A stretch of 64,000 nucleotides of DNA from Bdellovibrionales bacterium (GTDB taxonomy: Bacteria > Bdellovibrionota > Bdellovibrionia > Bdellovibrionales > UBA1609), in NCBI GenBank assembly GCA_027317865.1, contig DAHVQG010000008.1, positions 64,001 through 128,000 on the forward strand, given 5' to 3'. Positions 49,916-63,030 of this stretch are shown here, piece after piece (within the stretch, counting starts at the first letter, position 1; every line of letters begins with the position of its first letter). A program made the translations under genes and the position numbers. The notes below the pieces were generated by a model. It was not told where the DNA came from, made no database searches, and worked only from the letters and a program-made list of their open reading frames with translations.

Positions 49916-51301
49916 TTGGATTTTCACGTAGTCTGGCGACAGATCAAAGAAGCCATCATTGCAAAGAATTCACACAATCAGCCTTTGATTATGTGGTTTA
50001 ACCCCACAGAACTCGAAGACGTCGTGGCCCAGCAAGATGGCTATATTTTTAAATTGAAAGTTCCTACTGCCCTACATCAGTATTGGATTTCGCAAAATTT
50101 ACTCGAAGTCATTTCAAGTGAAATTGCGACGTATTGTTCTTTTTCGTTTCATGTCGAACTTATTGTTGTAAAACCGGAAGTTCCCGAACGCCCCATTTTG
50201 TCGCAATCATTAGCGCCGGCGCCAGTAACTGAAGAGCCCTCCCACCGCGGCGTTGCTTTTGCCCAAACGCGAGATTCCCTAAACCCTGAGTATACGTTTT
50301 CAACCTTCGTCGTCGGTAGAAACAATGAATTTGCCCATGCCGTTTCTTACAGTATCGCAAAAAATCCAGGCACGGAAAATTACAATCCTCTTTTTATCTA
50401 CGGTCCAACAGGGATGGGTAAAACGCATCTATTAAATGCCGTTGGTAATCATCTAAAAGAGCATTTTCCAAATTTGTCTATTTGTTACTGTTCAGCAGAA
50501 AGGTTCTTAAACGAATGTATTTCTAGCATTCGCCGTAACGAAATGCACAAATTTCGCCAAAAGTACCGGGACAAATGTAATGTCCTTTTGATGGATGACA
50601 TTCAGATTCTTAATCGTGGAGAAGCCGTTCAAGAAGAGTTTTTTCATACTCTCAATGACTTTTTTGAGAAGGGTCAGCAAGTAATTGTAGCGAGTGACCA
50701 CATGCCTAAAGATATCAAAGGCCTTGAGGATAGAATCCGCACTCGTCTTGAATGGGGTCTTATTGCCGATATTCAACCGCCCGATATTGAAACTCGGGTC
50801 GCTATTTTACGTTACAAGGCTGAAAGGCGCGCCATTCATCTGCCTCCTGATGTTGCCAGTTATATCGCGCGAATTTCTAAAACCTCAATTCGACAACTTG
50901 AAGGTAATCTTAATAAAATTAAGATGTTTGCCGAACTCCAAGGTGTCTCCATATCGCTTGAACTAGCAAAAAAAGTTCTAGCATCTCATGACGACACGAG
51001 GAGTCTAACTATAGATGACGTACAACGCCTCGTTGCCGACCATTTCAAGCTGCGCGTTGTAGACTTAAAAGCAAGGTCACGCACTAAACCTCTTGTGCTC
51101 GCGCGTCAGATGTCTATGTATCTCGTTAAAAAACATCTCGATAAGTCGTTGGTTGAAATCGGACGAGCTTTTGGCGGCAAAGATCACTCAACGGTCATTA
51201 ACGCCATCAAAAGGGTCGAAGATCAACTTTCGGTTAATACCGATATTAAAAACGATTTCAACGAGATAGAGACCCTTATTCACAATTTAACAGGGGTGTG
51301 A
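49916..51301 (+). CDS. dnaA: Chromosomal replication initiator DnaA
   Basis: YNPLFIYGPTGMGKTHL, DDIQ, QEEFFHT, FGGKDHSTV; TTG start. Confidence 0.97.
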   Translation: MDFHVVWRQIKEAIIAKNSHNQPLIMWFNPTELEDVVAQQDGYIFKLKVPTALHQYWISQNLLEVISSEIATYCSFSFHVELIVVKPEVPERPILSQSLAPAPVTEEPSHRGVAFAQTRDSLNPEYTFSTFVVGRNNEFAHAVSYSIAKNPGTENYNPLFIYGPTGMGKTHLLNAVGNHLKEHFPNLSICYCSAERFLNECISSIRRNEMHKFRQKYRDKCNVLLMDDIQILNRGEAVQEEFFHTLNDFFEKGQQVIVASDHMPKDIKGLEDRIRTRLEWGLIADIQPPDIETRVAILRYKAERRAIHLPPDVASYIARISKTSIRQLEGNLNKIKMFAELQGVSISLELAKKVLASHDDTRSLTIDDVQRLVADHFKLRVVDLKARSRTKPLVLARQMSMYLVKKHLDKSLVEIGRAFGGKDHSTVINAIKRVEDQLSVNTDIKNDFNEIETLIHNLTGV

Positions 51302-51500
51302 ATATAAAATGTGGATAAATTTGTGAATTTGTTTGTGGATATTTTTGTGAATTGCTCGCTTCCCCAAAATGTGAGTTGTTTGACGGTTGGTCTTTTATGC
51401 TTTATCCACATGAAACAGGTAATGATTTTCGATGCTTATAAGTTAAACGGAGTTATCAACAGACCTACTACTACTACTGTTATTTAAATATATCATTTGT
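51276..51500. other. Replication origin oriC
   Basis: DnaA boxes TTATTCACA 51276, TGTGGATAA 51310, TTATCCACA 51402, TTATCAACA 51453 plus degenerate boxes; (CTA)4 trios 51465-51478; AT-rich tract after them. Confidence 0.93.
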
Positions 51501-51545
51501 TAGTAAATAGGGGTTAAGGACGATGTCACAAGTGAGGACTTGGTT

Positions 51546-52664
51546 ATGAAAGTAAAAGTAAAAAAATCAGGCATTCTTTCTTTGATAGGAAAAACTCAAA
51601 ATATTGTTGAGCGGCGAAATACAATGCCTGTTTTAATCAATGTCTTACTTGAAGCGCAAAATGACCGCCTTAAAGTTTTTGCCACTAACCTTGAAGTAAG
51701 TTTAACCGATGAAATTGAAGTAAGTGTATTGACTCCAGGTAAAGTTGCCGTCAGTGCAAAAAGTCTTTTTGAAATTGTAAAGGAACTCAATGATACAGAG
51801 GACGTCATTTTAACTAAAAAAGAAAATAATTGGTTAAAGATTACTCAAGGGAAATCCGTATTCAATCTTGTTGGCATTGGTTCTGAGGAATATCCCGTAT
51901 TTCCCACCCACACGCCTAAAGACTTCATAGAAATCGAAGCTAACGTTCTTGCTGATATGATCGGCAAGACAATTTACAGTGTTTCAAACGATGAAACTCG
52001 TTATCACTTAAATGGCGTGTATTTTGAAAAACGAAATACCCCGTCTGGACCAGGGCTTTTAATGGTGGCGACAGACGGCCATCGTTTAAGCCTTGTGGAT
52101 AAATCAGGAAAGTCTAACGATCTGTCCATGACCGAAGGGGTTATCATTCCGCGAAAAGGTTTAACAGAAATCTATAAACTTCTCGAAAATGTAAATGGCC
52201 TTTTTAAAATGGCGGTTGAAGGCCCACAGCTCGTTGTAGCTTATCAAAATACGATTTTAATGATTCGCCTGATAGAAGGTAAGTATCCAAACTATCGTCA
52301 ACTTATTCCACAGAATTTAAACGAACATGTGCAGGTTAGGCGCGATGATCTATTAGCTTGTCTTCGGCGTGTTTCGTTACTTTCGAACCAAAAATCAAAG
52401 GGCGTGACGCTACATTTTTCAAAAGGCAAATTGGAAATTACATCAAATAATCCGGAACTCGGGGACGCAAAAGAAGAAATCGACGTCGACTATAAAGGCG
52501 ACGGATTGCGAATAGGTTTTAATGCTAAATACATTATGGATGTTCTTGCCAGCATCGACGAAGATGAAATATCGCTTGATCTAAAAGATCAGCTTTCGCC
52601 TGGGGTCATGCGGCCAAAAGAAAATAAAGACTACACTTGTGTTATAATGCCGATGCGAATTTAG
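51546..52664 (+). CDS. dnaN: DNA polymerase III beta sliding clamp
   Basis: ETRYHLNGV, VATDGHRL, RLIEGKYPNY, IGFNAKY, VIMPMRI. Confidence 0.97.
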   Translation: MKVKVKKSGILSLIGKTQNIVERRNTMPVLINVLLEAQNDRLKVFATNLEVSLTDEIEVSVLTPGKVAVSAKSLFEIVKELNDTEDVILTKKENNWLKITQGKSVFNLVGIGSEEYPVFPTHTPKDFIEIEANVLADMIGKTIYSVSNDETRYHLNGVYFEKRNTPSGPGLLMVATDGHRLSLVDKSGKSNDLSMTEGVIIPRKGLTEIYKLLENVNGLFKMAVEGPQLVVAYQNTILMIRLIEGKYPNYRQLIPQNLNEHVQVRRDDLLACLRRVSLLSNQKSKGVTLHFSKGKLEITSNNPELGDAKEEIDVDYKGDGLRIGFNAKYIMDVLASIDEDEISLDLKDQLSPGVMRPKENKDYTCVIMPMRI

Positions 52665-52682
52665 AGCGCGCTACATTCCAGT

Positions 52683-56256
<3,574 letters not shown>

Positions 56257-56264
56257 GTGATAAT

Positions 56265-58739
56265 ATGGATGTAACACAAACGCCAAATCACATAACTGAA
56301 GTTGATATTTCAAAAGAAATGCAGGAGGCCTACCTACAATACTCCATGAGTGTCATCGTGGGCCGTGCATTGCCGGATGTTCGCGACGGGTTAAAGCCCG
56401 TGCATCGGCGCGTGCTGTTTGCAATGCACGAACTAAGTAATACTCACGATAAGCCATACAAAAAATCGGCCCGTGTTGTTGGGGATGTTATCGGTAAATA
56501 CCATCCACATGGTGATATGGCGGTTTACGATACAATAGTTCGCATGGCGCAAGATTTTTCACTGCGCTATCCGCTCGTCGACGGACAAGGCAATTTTGGT
56601 TCGGTCGACGGAGATCCTCCGGCGGCCCAACGGTACACCGAAGTTCGAATGACCAGGCTTGCCGAAGAAATTCTTGAAGACATTGATAAAGAGACTGTCG
56701 CGTGGGGGCCGAACTACGACGACTCACTTCAAATTCCGACAGTAATGCCGGCAAAATTTCCGAATATGCTCGTCAACGGCACATCAGGCATAGCTGTTGG
56801 CATGGCGACAAATATACCGCCGCACAATTTAGGCGAAGTCATAGACGGATGCCTCGAGATCATTAAAAATCCGGATTGCCGAATTGAAGATTTGATACGT
56901 CTTATTCCTGGTCCCGACTTCCCCACAGCAGGTATAATTTCTGGCGTAAGCGGAATTATTCAAGCTTACCGTACTGGCCGCGGGGCGATCACACTTAAAG
57001 CAGTGGCCGAAATCACAAACAAAAAAGATCGTGAATATATCGTCGTGACCGAGATTCCGTATCAAGTCAATAAGGCCATGCTTATAGAAAGCATTGCAGA
57101 ACTGGTTAAAGCAAAGAAAATCGAAGGCATATCTGACATTCGTGATGAGTCTTCCCGCGAAGGCATGCGAATAGTTATTACCGTCAAAAAAGGCGAAAAT
57201 GCTCAGGTTCTTCTTAATCGCCTATATAAATTTACTCAAATGCAAGTGAGTTTCGGAATAATTCTACTCGCGTTAGATGCGCGCAACCAGCCGCGCGTTT
57301 GGAACATCAAAGACATGCTGGTGGCTTTTATTGACCATCGAAAAGATGTTGTCACGCGGCGGTTGATTTTTGATCTTAAGAAAACGGAAGCTCGGGCTCA
57401 CATTCTTGAAGGGCTCAAAAAAGCGCTCGATCACATCGATGATATAATTCAAACAATAAAAACATCTCGAGAAGCCGAAGTCGCAAAAGCGAATCTAATG
57501 GTAAAATTTGCTTTTACAGAAACGCAGGCACAAGCAATTTTAGATATGCGGTTGCAACGAATCACGGGCCTAGAGCGTGACAAGATTAAGACAGACCTTG
57601 ATGAGGCCTTAAAGCATATCGAATGGATTAAAGAAGTTTTGGCTGACGTGCGTGAAATTTATCGCATTATTTCGGAAGAGCTGACAGAAATAAAAAAGAA
57701 ATATAGCAATCCGCGACTTACAAAAATTGAATCCGACAGCGCTGAGCTTGAAGATGAAGATCTAATCAAAAGTGAAGACGTTATTGTTTGCATAACAAAC
57801 TCCGGCTACATCAAGCGGATTCCGGTTGATGAGTATCGCATTCAGCGCCGTGGCGGCAAGGGACTTAAAGGAGCTGAAACCAGAGAAGAAGATTACGTTG
57901 CGAAAATTTTAACGGCTAACACTCTCACAACGATTCTTGCAATCTCAGATAAGGGCCGACTTTACTGGCTAAAAGTTCATCGCATCCCCGAAGGTTCGCG
58001 AACGTCAAAAGGCAAAGCTATTGCGAACGTTTTAAACCTGACAAACGGTGAACAGATCCGTGCTTTTTTACCGGTTGATAAATTTGATTCAAAAAAATAT
58101 GTGGTGATGATCACTCAAAAGGGCACCATTAAAAAAACAAGTCTTGAGGCATTTTCAAACCCGCGGCCATCGGGCATCATCGCGCTTACTACAGATCTGA
58201 ACGATTACCTAATGGACGCAAAGCTTTGCGAAGAGGGCTCGCACATTTTTATGAGCACAAGCGAAGGCATGTCGATTCGTTTTGATCAAAGCGATGTCCG
58301 ACCAATGGGTAGAACGGCACGCGGCGTTCGTGGAATGACAATGGGCTCAGATACGGACCAAGTTGTGGGAGCCGATGTTATCCCGCCGGATTGTACGGAT
58401 GCGATTTTAGTTGTTACAAAAAATGGATTTGGTAAGCGCTCAAGCGTTGAAGAATACCGCCTTCAGGGCCGAGGTGGCGTTGGCACGATCACTCAGAAAA
58501 TTACAGACAAAGTTGGAAATGTTGTATCCGTCAAACTCGTTAGCGAAACGGATCAGGTTATGATTACCACCGACAAAGGGCAATCCATCCGGATGAAAGT
58601 ATCTGACATTTCGCTGTTGGGTCGGAATACCCAAGGAGTAAAGCTCATTAATTTGAACGAGGGCGAATTTGTGACCGGGCTTGCGCTCATTGCCGAAGGT
58701 AAAGACGACGAGTCTGCAGAGGGGCCCGCTCTCCAATGA
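56265..58739 (+). CDS. gyrA: DNA gyrase subunit A
   Basis: [17 protein letters not shown] catalytic Tyr, GyrA-box QRRGGKG, beta-pinwheel repeats. Confidence 0.97.
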   Translation: MDVTQTPNHITEVDISKEMQEAYLQYSMSVIVGRALPDVRDGLKPVHRRVLFAMHELSNTHDKPYKKSARVVGDVIGKYHPHGDMAVYDTIVRMAQDFSLRYPLVDGQGNFGSVDGDPPAAQRYTEVRMTRLAEEILEDIDKETVAWGPNYDDSLQIPTVMPAKFPNMLVNGTSGIAVGMATNIPPHNLGEVIDGCLEIIKNPDCRIEDLIRLIPGPDFPTAGIISGVSGIIQAYRTGRGAITLKAVAEITNKKDREYIVVTEIPYQVNKAMLIESIAELVKAKKIEGISDIRDESSREGMRIVITVKKGENAQVLLNRLYKFTQMQVSFGIILLALDARNQPRVWNIKDMLVAFIDHRKDVVTRRLIFDLKKTEARAHILEGLKKALDHIDDIIQTIKTSREAEVAKANLMVKFAFTETQAQAILDMRLQRITGLERDKIKTDLDEALKHIEWIKEVLADVREIYRIISEELTEIKKKYSNPRLTKIESDSAELEDEDLIKSEDVIVCITNSGYIKRIPVDEYRIQRRGGKGLKGAETREEDYVAKILTANTLTTILAISDKGRLYWLKVHRIPEGSRTSKGKAIANVLNLTNGEQIRAFLPVDKFDSKKYVVMITQKGTIKKTSLEAFSNPRPSGIIALTTDLNDYLMDAKLCEEGSHIFMSTSEGMSIRFDQSDVRPMGRTARGVRGMTMGSDTDQVVGADVIPPDCTDAILVVTKNGFGKRSSVEEYRLQGRGGVGTITQKITDKVGNVVSVKLVSETDQVMITTDKGQSIRMKVSDISLLGRNTQGVKLINLNEGEFVTGLALIAEGKDDESAEGPALQ

Positions 58740-59551
58740 TCGCTGGTCGAGTTGCCAGAGCCGCCATAACAATATTTGTAATAATGGCCACTGGTTGCAG
58801 CTTCTCCTTTGCTAGCCAAGCCTACAGCGAAGGCGAAAAAGCGCTCAAAAATCAAAACTATAAATTAGCCATTTCTGATTTTAGAAAAGTGATTGAACGC
58901 AATCCGAAGTCGAGTTTAGCGATAAAGTCGGCGCGTCAAGCCGCGCGAGTCGCCTTTTTTAACACTAAAAACTATCTGCAATCGATCGAATTTTACAATC
59001 ACCTTGTGAAGTATTCGCGAAGCGAGACGGAGCGCGTGAAATCTCAACGGGCGATCGCCGACATCTACTTTGCCAATCTTAGTGATTATCCAAAGGCGAT
59101 TGCCGAATATAATAAACTTCTTCTTGTTGAGACGAATCGAAAGGAAATAGTTAAAGAACGCTTTAACCTCGCGCGGTCCTATTTTTATATGGACAGATTT
59201 TACGACTCAAAAGATCAAATTAAAGATGCCCTAAAGCTGGCTAAATCACGACGGCAACAATTCGAGCTTAAAATGTTTTTAGCCAGTATATATTTTAACA
59301 TGAAGGATAATAACAAAGCCCTGTCGGTCTATTCATACCTTGAGCACAACTTTCCTAAACGCGCTAAAGCCGAAAACATCGCGCTTAACGAAAGTATTTG
59401 CTATGAAAGTGAAAATCGGTTGAACAAGGCGATTGCGACACTTAAAACGATTGAGTCGACTTACAAAGACCCAGAGTTCATAGCACTTAAAATTAAACGC
59501 CTTCGGGAGCTCGAATCGAACACCCCCGGAGATCACGGGCATTTTCAATGA
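58736..59551 (+). CDS. TPR-repeat exported protein / probable lipoprotein
   Basis: Hydrophobic N-terminus ending ATGC; repeated TPR-like helix pairs. Confidence 0.75.
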   Translation: MIAGRVARAAITIFVIMATGCSFSFASQAYSEGEKALKNQNYKLAISDFRKVIERNPKSSLAIKSARQAARVAFFNTKNYLQSIEFYNHLVKYSRSETERVKSQRAIADIYFANLSDYPKAIAEYNKLLLVETNRKEIVKERFNLARSYFYMDRFYDSKDQIKDALKLAKSRRQQFELKMFLASIYFNMKDNNKALSVYSYLEHNFPKRAKAENIALNESICYESENRLNKAIATLKTIESTYKDPEFIALKIKRLRELESNTPGDHGHFQ

Positions 59552-59775
59552 TGAAGCGCGGGATTGTCTTTATGGGCTTGGGTTTCGAGTTATTAGGGCT
59601 CATTCTCGGCGCATTATTTTTGGGTCAAACTATTGACGATTTATACCACCTAAACGGTTACGGTGTTGCCATTTTAGTCATTGTAGTAATGCTCAGTTGG
59701 ATGTATCACCTCTTCATTTTATTAAAACGAGTTATGAGAGAAGCCGAAAATGAGCGCGACCGCAATCCAAAGTGA
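59548..59775 (+). CDS. AtpZ/AtpI-family ATP synthase accessory protein
   Basis: Two TM helices with LG..ID motif; upstream of atpB. Confidence 0.75.
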   Translation: MMKRGIVFMGLGFELLGLILGALFLGQTIDDLYHLNGYGVAILVIVVMLSWMYHLFILLKRVMREAENERDRNPK

Positions 59776-60151
59776 TCGAAGCGTGAACACAAAAGCAATT
59801 GTTTTGTTCCACACGATTGCCGTGGCGCTAATAGCGCTGCCATTTTTTTGGTGTGATGCCGCGCGGTACGGATGGAACTGTGTGTTCGCGGGCCTTCTTG
59901 TCGGTGTGAATTTGCTCCTTTTGATATGGGTGCTTAAAGGGTTTTTACAGAAAAAATCGGTTGCTTTGATGACTTCGACAATTGTATTTAAGTACGCCGT
60001 TTTGATAGGATTACTTTTTCTATTGGAACAATTTGGTTGGCGTGTGAACATTGGGTTTCTTGTCGGACTGGCAGCGCTGTTTCCGACGCTTGGTTTTATT
60101 GTTTATAGATATTGGTTGAACTTGAAAGAACAGACGAATGAAATCGTTTAA
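59750..60151 (+). CDS. atpI: ATP synthase protein I (4-TM)
   Basis: Four hydrophobic segments, overlaps the atpB start. Confidence 0.65.
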   Translation: MSATAIQSDRSVNTKAIVLFHTIAVALIALPFFWCDAARYGWNCVFAGLLVGVNLLLLIWVLKGFLQKKSVALMTSTIVFKYAVLIGLLFLLEQFGWRVNIGFLVGLAALFPTLGFIVYRYWLNLKEQTNEIV

Positions 60152-60827
60152 TTGGACAGAACTCATCCCTTGGGTCGGAAAGAACGAGCATGTCGCGACG
60201 CTTGTGCTCGCGGCTGTTTTGATGATTATTCTTGCGGCATTAGGGCGTGCAGCTCTTGGCGACGGCGAGACGGCTTTGATGCCAGCGCGGTCTATCGGAA
60301 TAAGAGCCGCCTTCGAAGCGATCATCGATTTTATCGTTACAATGAGTGACATGGTCATCGGCGAAGAGGGCGCAAAATTTGTGCCTTTTTTTGCTACACT
60401 TTTTTTCTTCATCTTGATCTGTAACATGATGGGGCTTGTGCCGGGGTTTACGCCGCCTACAGAAAATGTAAACACCACATTTGCTCTCGGGATATTTTCA
60501 TTTCTCTACTACAATTATTATGGCATCCGCGAACATGGGTTTCGATACATCAAACAGTTCATGGGACCGCTTTGGTTTCTCGCGCCATTTATGCTTATGA
60601 TTGAACTCATATCGCACATTGTTCGTCCCGTAAGCCTGGCGCTTCGTCTTTTTGGCAACATGCTTGGGGATCACACGGCATTGGCAATTTTCTTGCACAT
60701 CGTTCCCTATTACTTGGTGCCCGTTATTTTTTACTGTCTGGGTTTGTTTGTTTGTTTTATTCAGGCGTTTATTTTTATGATTCTAAGTATGGTTTACGTT
60801 TCGATGGCAATTTCACATGATCATTAA
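60138..60827 (+). CDS. atpB: ATP synthase F0 subunit a
   Basis: NMMGLVPG, PPT, RPVSLALRLFGNM, IQAFIF. Confidence 0.96.
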   Translation: MKSFNWTELIPWVGKNEHVATLVLAAVLMIILAALGRAALGDGETALMPARSIGIRAAFEAIIDFIVTMSDMVIGEEGAKFVPFFATLFFFILICNMMGLVPGFTPPTENVNTTFALGIFSFLYYNYYGIREHGFRYIKQFMGPLWFLAPFMLMIELISHIVRPVSLALRLFGNMLGDHTALAIFLHIVPYYLVPVIFYCLGLFVCFIQAFIFMILSMVYVSMAISHDH

Positions 60828-60883
60828 CCAGCGCAAGGCAGAGGTTTGGCTAATAGCTGCGCGCAGACGAAGGGAGTAACAAC

Positions 60884-61201
60884 ATGAAAAAATCACTTCT
60901 ATTAGGTGGAGCAACATTGCTGACTGCAGTTCCAGCGTTCGCACAAGCAGCAGCAAGCAGCAGCGCCATTAGCAATAATGCATATTATGCGTTAGGTGCA
61001 GGTATCGCTATAGGTCTAGCGGCTTTTGGCGGCGGACTTGGCCAAGGTCGAATCGGGGGATCAGCGATGGACGGCATAGCGCGAAATCCGCAAGCTGCCG
61101 GGACCATGCTAGCGCCACTATTGATCGGCTTGGCTTTCGTCGAATCTCTAGTTATTTACGCGCTTGTTATTGCGTTTATGTTACAAGGCAAAATTCACTA
61201 A
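60884..61201 (+). CDS. atpE: ATP synthase F0 subunit c with N-terminal extension
   Basis: GxGxGQG, ARNP loop, ES..IY; SD GGGAG. Confidence 0.95.
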   Translation: MKKSLLLGGATLLTAVPAFAQAAASSSAISNNAYYALGAGIAIGLAAFGGGLGQGRIGGSAMDGIARNPQAAGTMLAPLLIGLAFVESLVIYALVIAFMLQGKIH

Positions 61202-61214
61202 TTCACTTTTTAAA

Positions 61215-61274
61215 ATGGCCCCTCTGAGGCTCTGACAGAGAGTATCAACATATAATTTAGAGGGGTCATATTTT
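61215..61274 (+). terminator. Stem-loop after atpE (terminator or 3' stabiliser)
   Basis: ATGGCCCCTCTGA / TTAGAGGGGTCAT 13-bp stem with two G-U pairs, then ATTTT. Confidence 0.6.
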
Positions 61275-61362
61275 AAGATAAACCAAAGCAATTCACTTAT
61301 TTTGAACGCTGTTCCTTCCGATAAATCTTTGTTGTGGCAATTAGATACTCAAGAGGAAGAGC

Positions 61363-63030
61363 GTGGCTGAGACCGTTGACATAGATCAGCTCAAAATTCG
61401 GCTTCTAATCATCTGCAAAGCTAAAGCAAAATTTGAAAGTGTAGCGAATTATCTCGTTCGTCGCGGGTGGGAAACAACGATCTCAGCGAATATTAAAGAC
61501 TCGTTTAAAACCATCGCCGTATTTAAACCCGATTTTGTTCTTGTTAGCGTGAATCTTCCGACCCCGAAAATAAACCTTTTGCCCTCAGTTATTGCTCAAA
61601 CCTTCAAAGTTCAAACCATATTATTTTCAGAATCCACTGACGCAAAATCGCTAAGGCTCATGCAAACAGTGGAAGCTTCATATAAAATGACGGGTACAGT
61701 GAGCGGGCCAAGCGCACATCGGCGAATTAAACAAATTTTACAAGAGATTCACCAGCCGGCTTCACAGACAAATCAGCAAAATGCAGGCAAAGCTAATAGC
61801 GAAGAAGACGGATCAATCGTCATTAAAGGGGTTTCGAATTTAAATAAAAATGAAACGATAATTCAAAAAGGCGTGGCCGGCTTTAGCGACGACCGGGTCC
61901 ACCCCACATCACAAGGGACAGCATCTGGCGTAAATAATGAAGCTGGAGGACTTAATGACGTGGACGCCATAGCGGCACAGTTTCAAGAAGAACTAAAAGA
62001 CGAGACTGGCGATAGCGTCAGCGAAGAAACTTTGCCAGAAAAAAGTGAATCTGAGCTCGCAGAAATCGAAGTAAATGATGGCAACAATTCGTCCACAAAG
62101 ATTGAGCCGCCGCAAGGCTCAACTAATATGAACTCGGGTATAAATCAAAATTTAGATGACGGAGTTAACCCTAATTTAAAAGCGACAAGGGAATCCGAAA
62201 ACACAACCAGTCAGCTAAACGGAGCAATAAATCAACTAAGCGACCAGGCCAGAACAGAAGACGCCACCAAAAGCGGAGATTTAGACACGGTTTCAAAAGA
62301 AACGTCTAAATCAAGTATTGAAAAAAAAGAATTGAAAAGCGGCAAGCAAGGCGAAATTCCTAAGGACTTAATCGAGATCGTTTCAACGGTTGCAAACAAA
62401 TGTCTGCTTCCCGAGCGGGGGTGTAGCGCCAAAGTAGACACGTATTCTGAGTGCACAATTTTACCGATTTATGCGGCTAATCTAAAAATATATCTCGCCT
62501 TGATCGGCCTCGGTCCGATCGATGAAGAACTTCAATTTTCTACGTCGTTTTGGCCGGAGCTAATAGAGCGCCTATTTGCTGAGTATAAAAGCATTTCCGT
62601 TGGTGATGAGGCGCGAATCGATTTTGGGGCCGTATCAATTCATGACCGCATAAGTGGCGAAGCCAACAACCTAATTCTTCGTAACGGCACGGGCGAAATA
62701 CTCATAAAATTCATCGAAGAAAGCCCAATTGAGGCGCAAGTTATAAAGTCAAATAATCAAGAAAGCGCCCAAATAAGCATAAACGATTTGGTGACGAATG
62801 CGGCGGTTGGGGCTGATATTTTTCTTAGGTTTGAGCGAAATGACAAATATTATTTATATTTAAAGCCAAGGAGCCGAATCTCTGAAAAACAAAAAACAAG
62901 ACTCATTGCCTGCGGCTCTAAACTATACATAAAGACGATAGATGTTGAAAGTTATCGACGAGCCGTCAAAAGAAATAAAACCTTTGAGGCGGTTTTTGAT
63001 TCTTCAAAGCGGAGTAAGTCGGCAGCGTAG
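61363..63030 (+). CDS. Hypothetical protein: degenerate receiver-like N-terminus, acidic/Asn-rich disordered linker, C-terminal globular domains
   Basis: N-terminal (beta/alpha) pattern with FKPDFVLVSVNLP; GTG start with SD AGAGG. Confidence 0.65.
   Translation: MAETVDIDQLKIRLLIICKAKAKFESVANYLVRRGWETTISANIKDSFKTIAVFKPDFVLVSVNLPTPKINLLPSVIAQTFKVQTILFSESTDAKSLRLMQTVEASYKMTGTVSGPSAHRRIKQILQEIHQPASQTNQQNAGKANSEEDGSIVIKGVSNLNKNETIIQKGVAGFSDDRVHPTSQGTASGVNNEAGGLNDVDAIAAQFQEELKDETGDSVSEETLPEKSESELAEIEVNDGNNSSTKIEPPQGSTNMNSGINQNLDDGVNPNLKATRESENTTSQLNGAINQLSDQARTEDATKSGDLDTVSKETSKSSIEKKELKSGKQGEIPKDLIEIVSTVANKCLLPERGCSAKVDTYSECTILPIYAANLKIYLALIGLGPIDEELQFSTSFWPELIERLFAEYKSISVGDEARIDFGAVSIHDRISGEANNLILRNGTGEILIKFIEESPIEAQVIKSNNQESAQISINDLVTNAAVGADIFLRFERNDKYYLYLKPRSRISEKQKTRLIACGSKLYIKTIDVESYRRAVKRNKTFEAVFDSSKRSKSAA

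Noticed and set aside
51297..51378. Periodic repeats as CRISPR or microsatellite
   Set aside because: Units are 9-bp DnaA boxes; no spacers or cas genes
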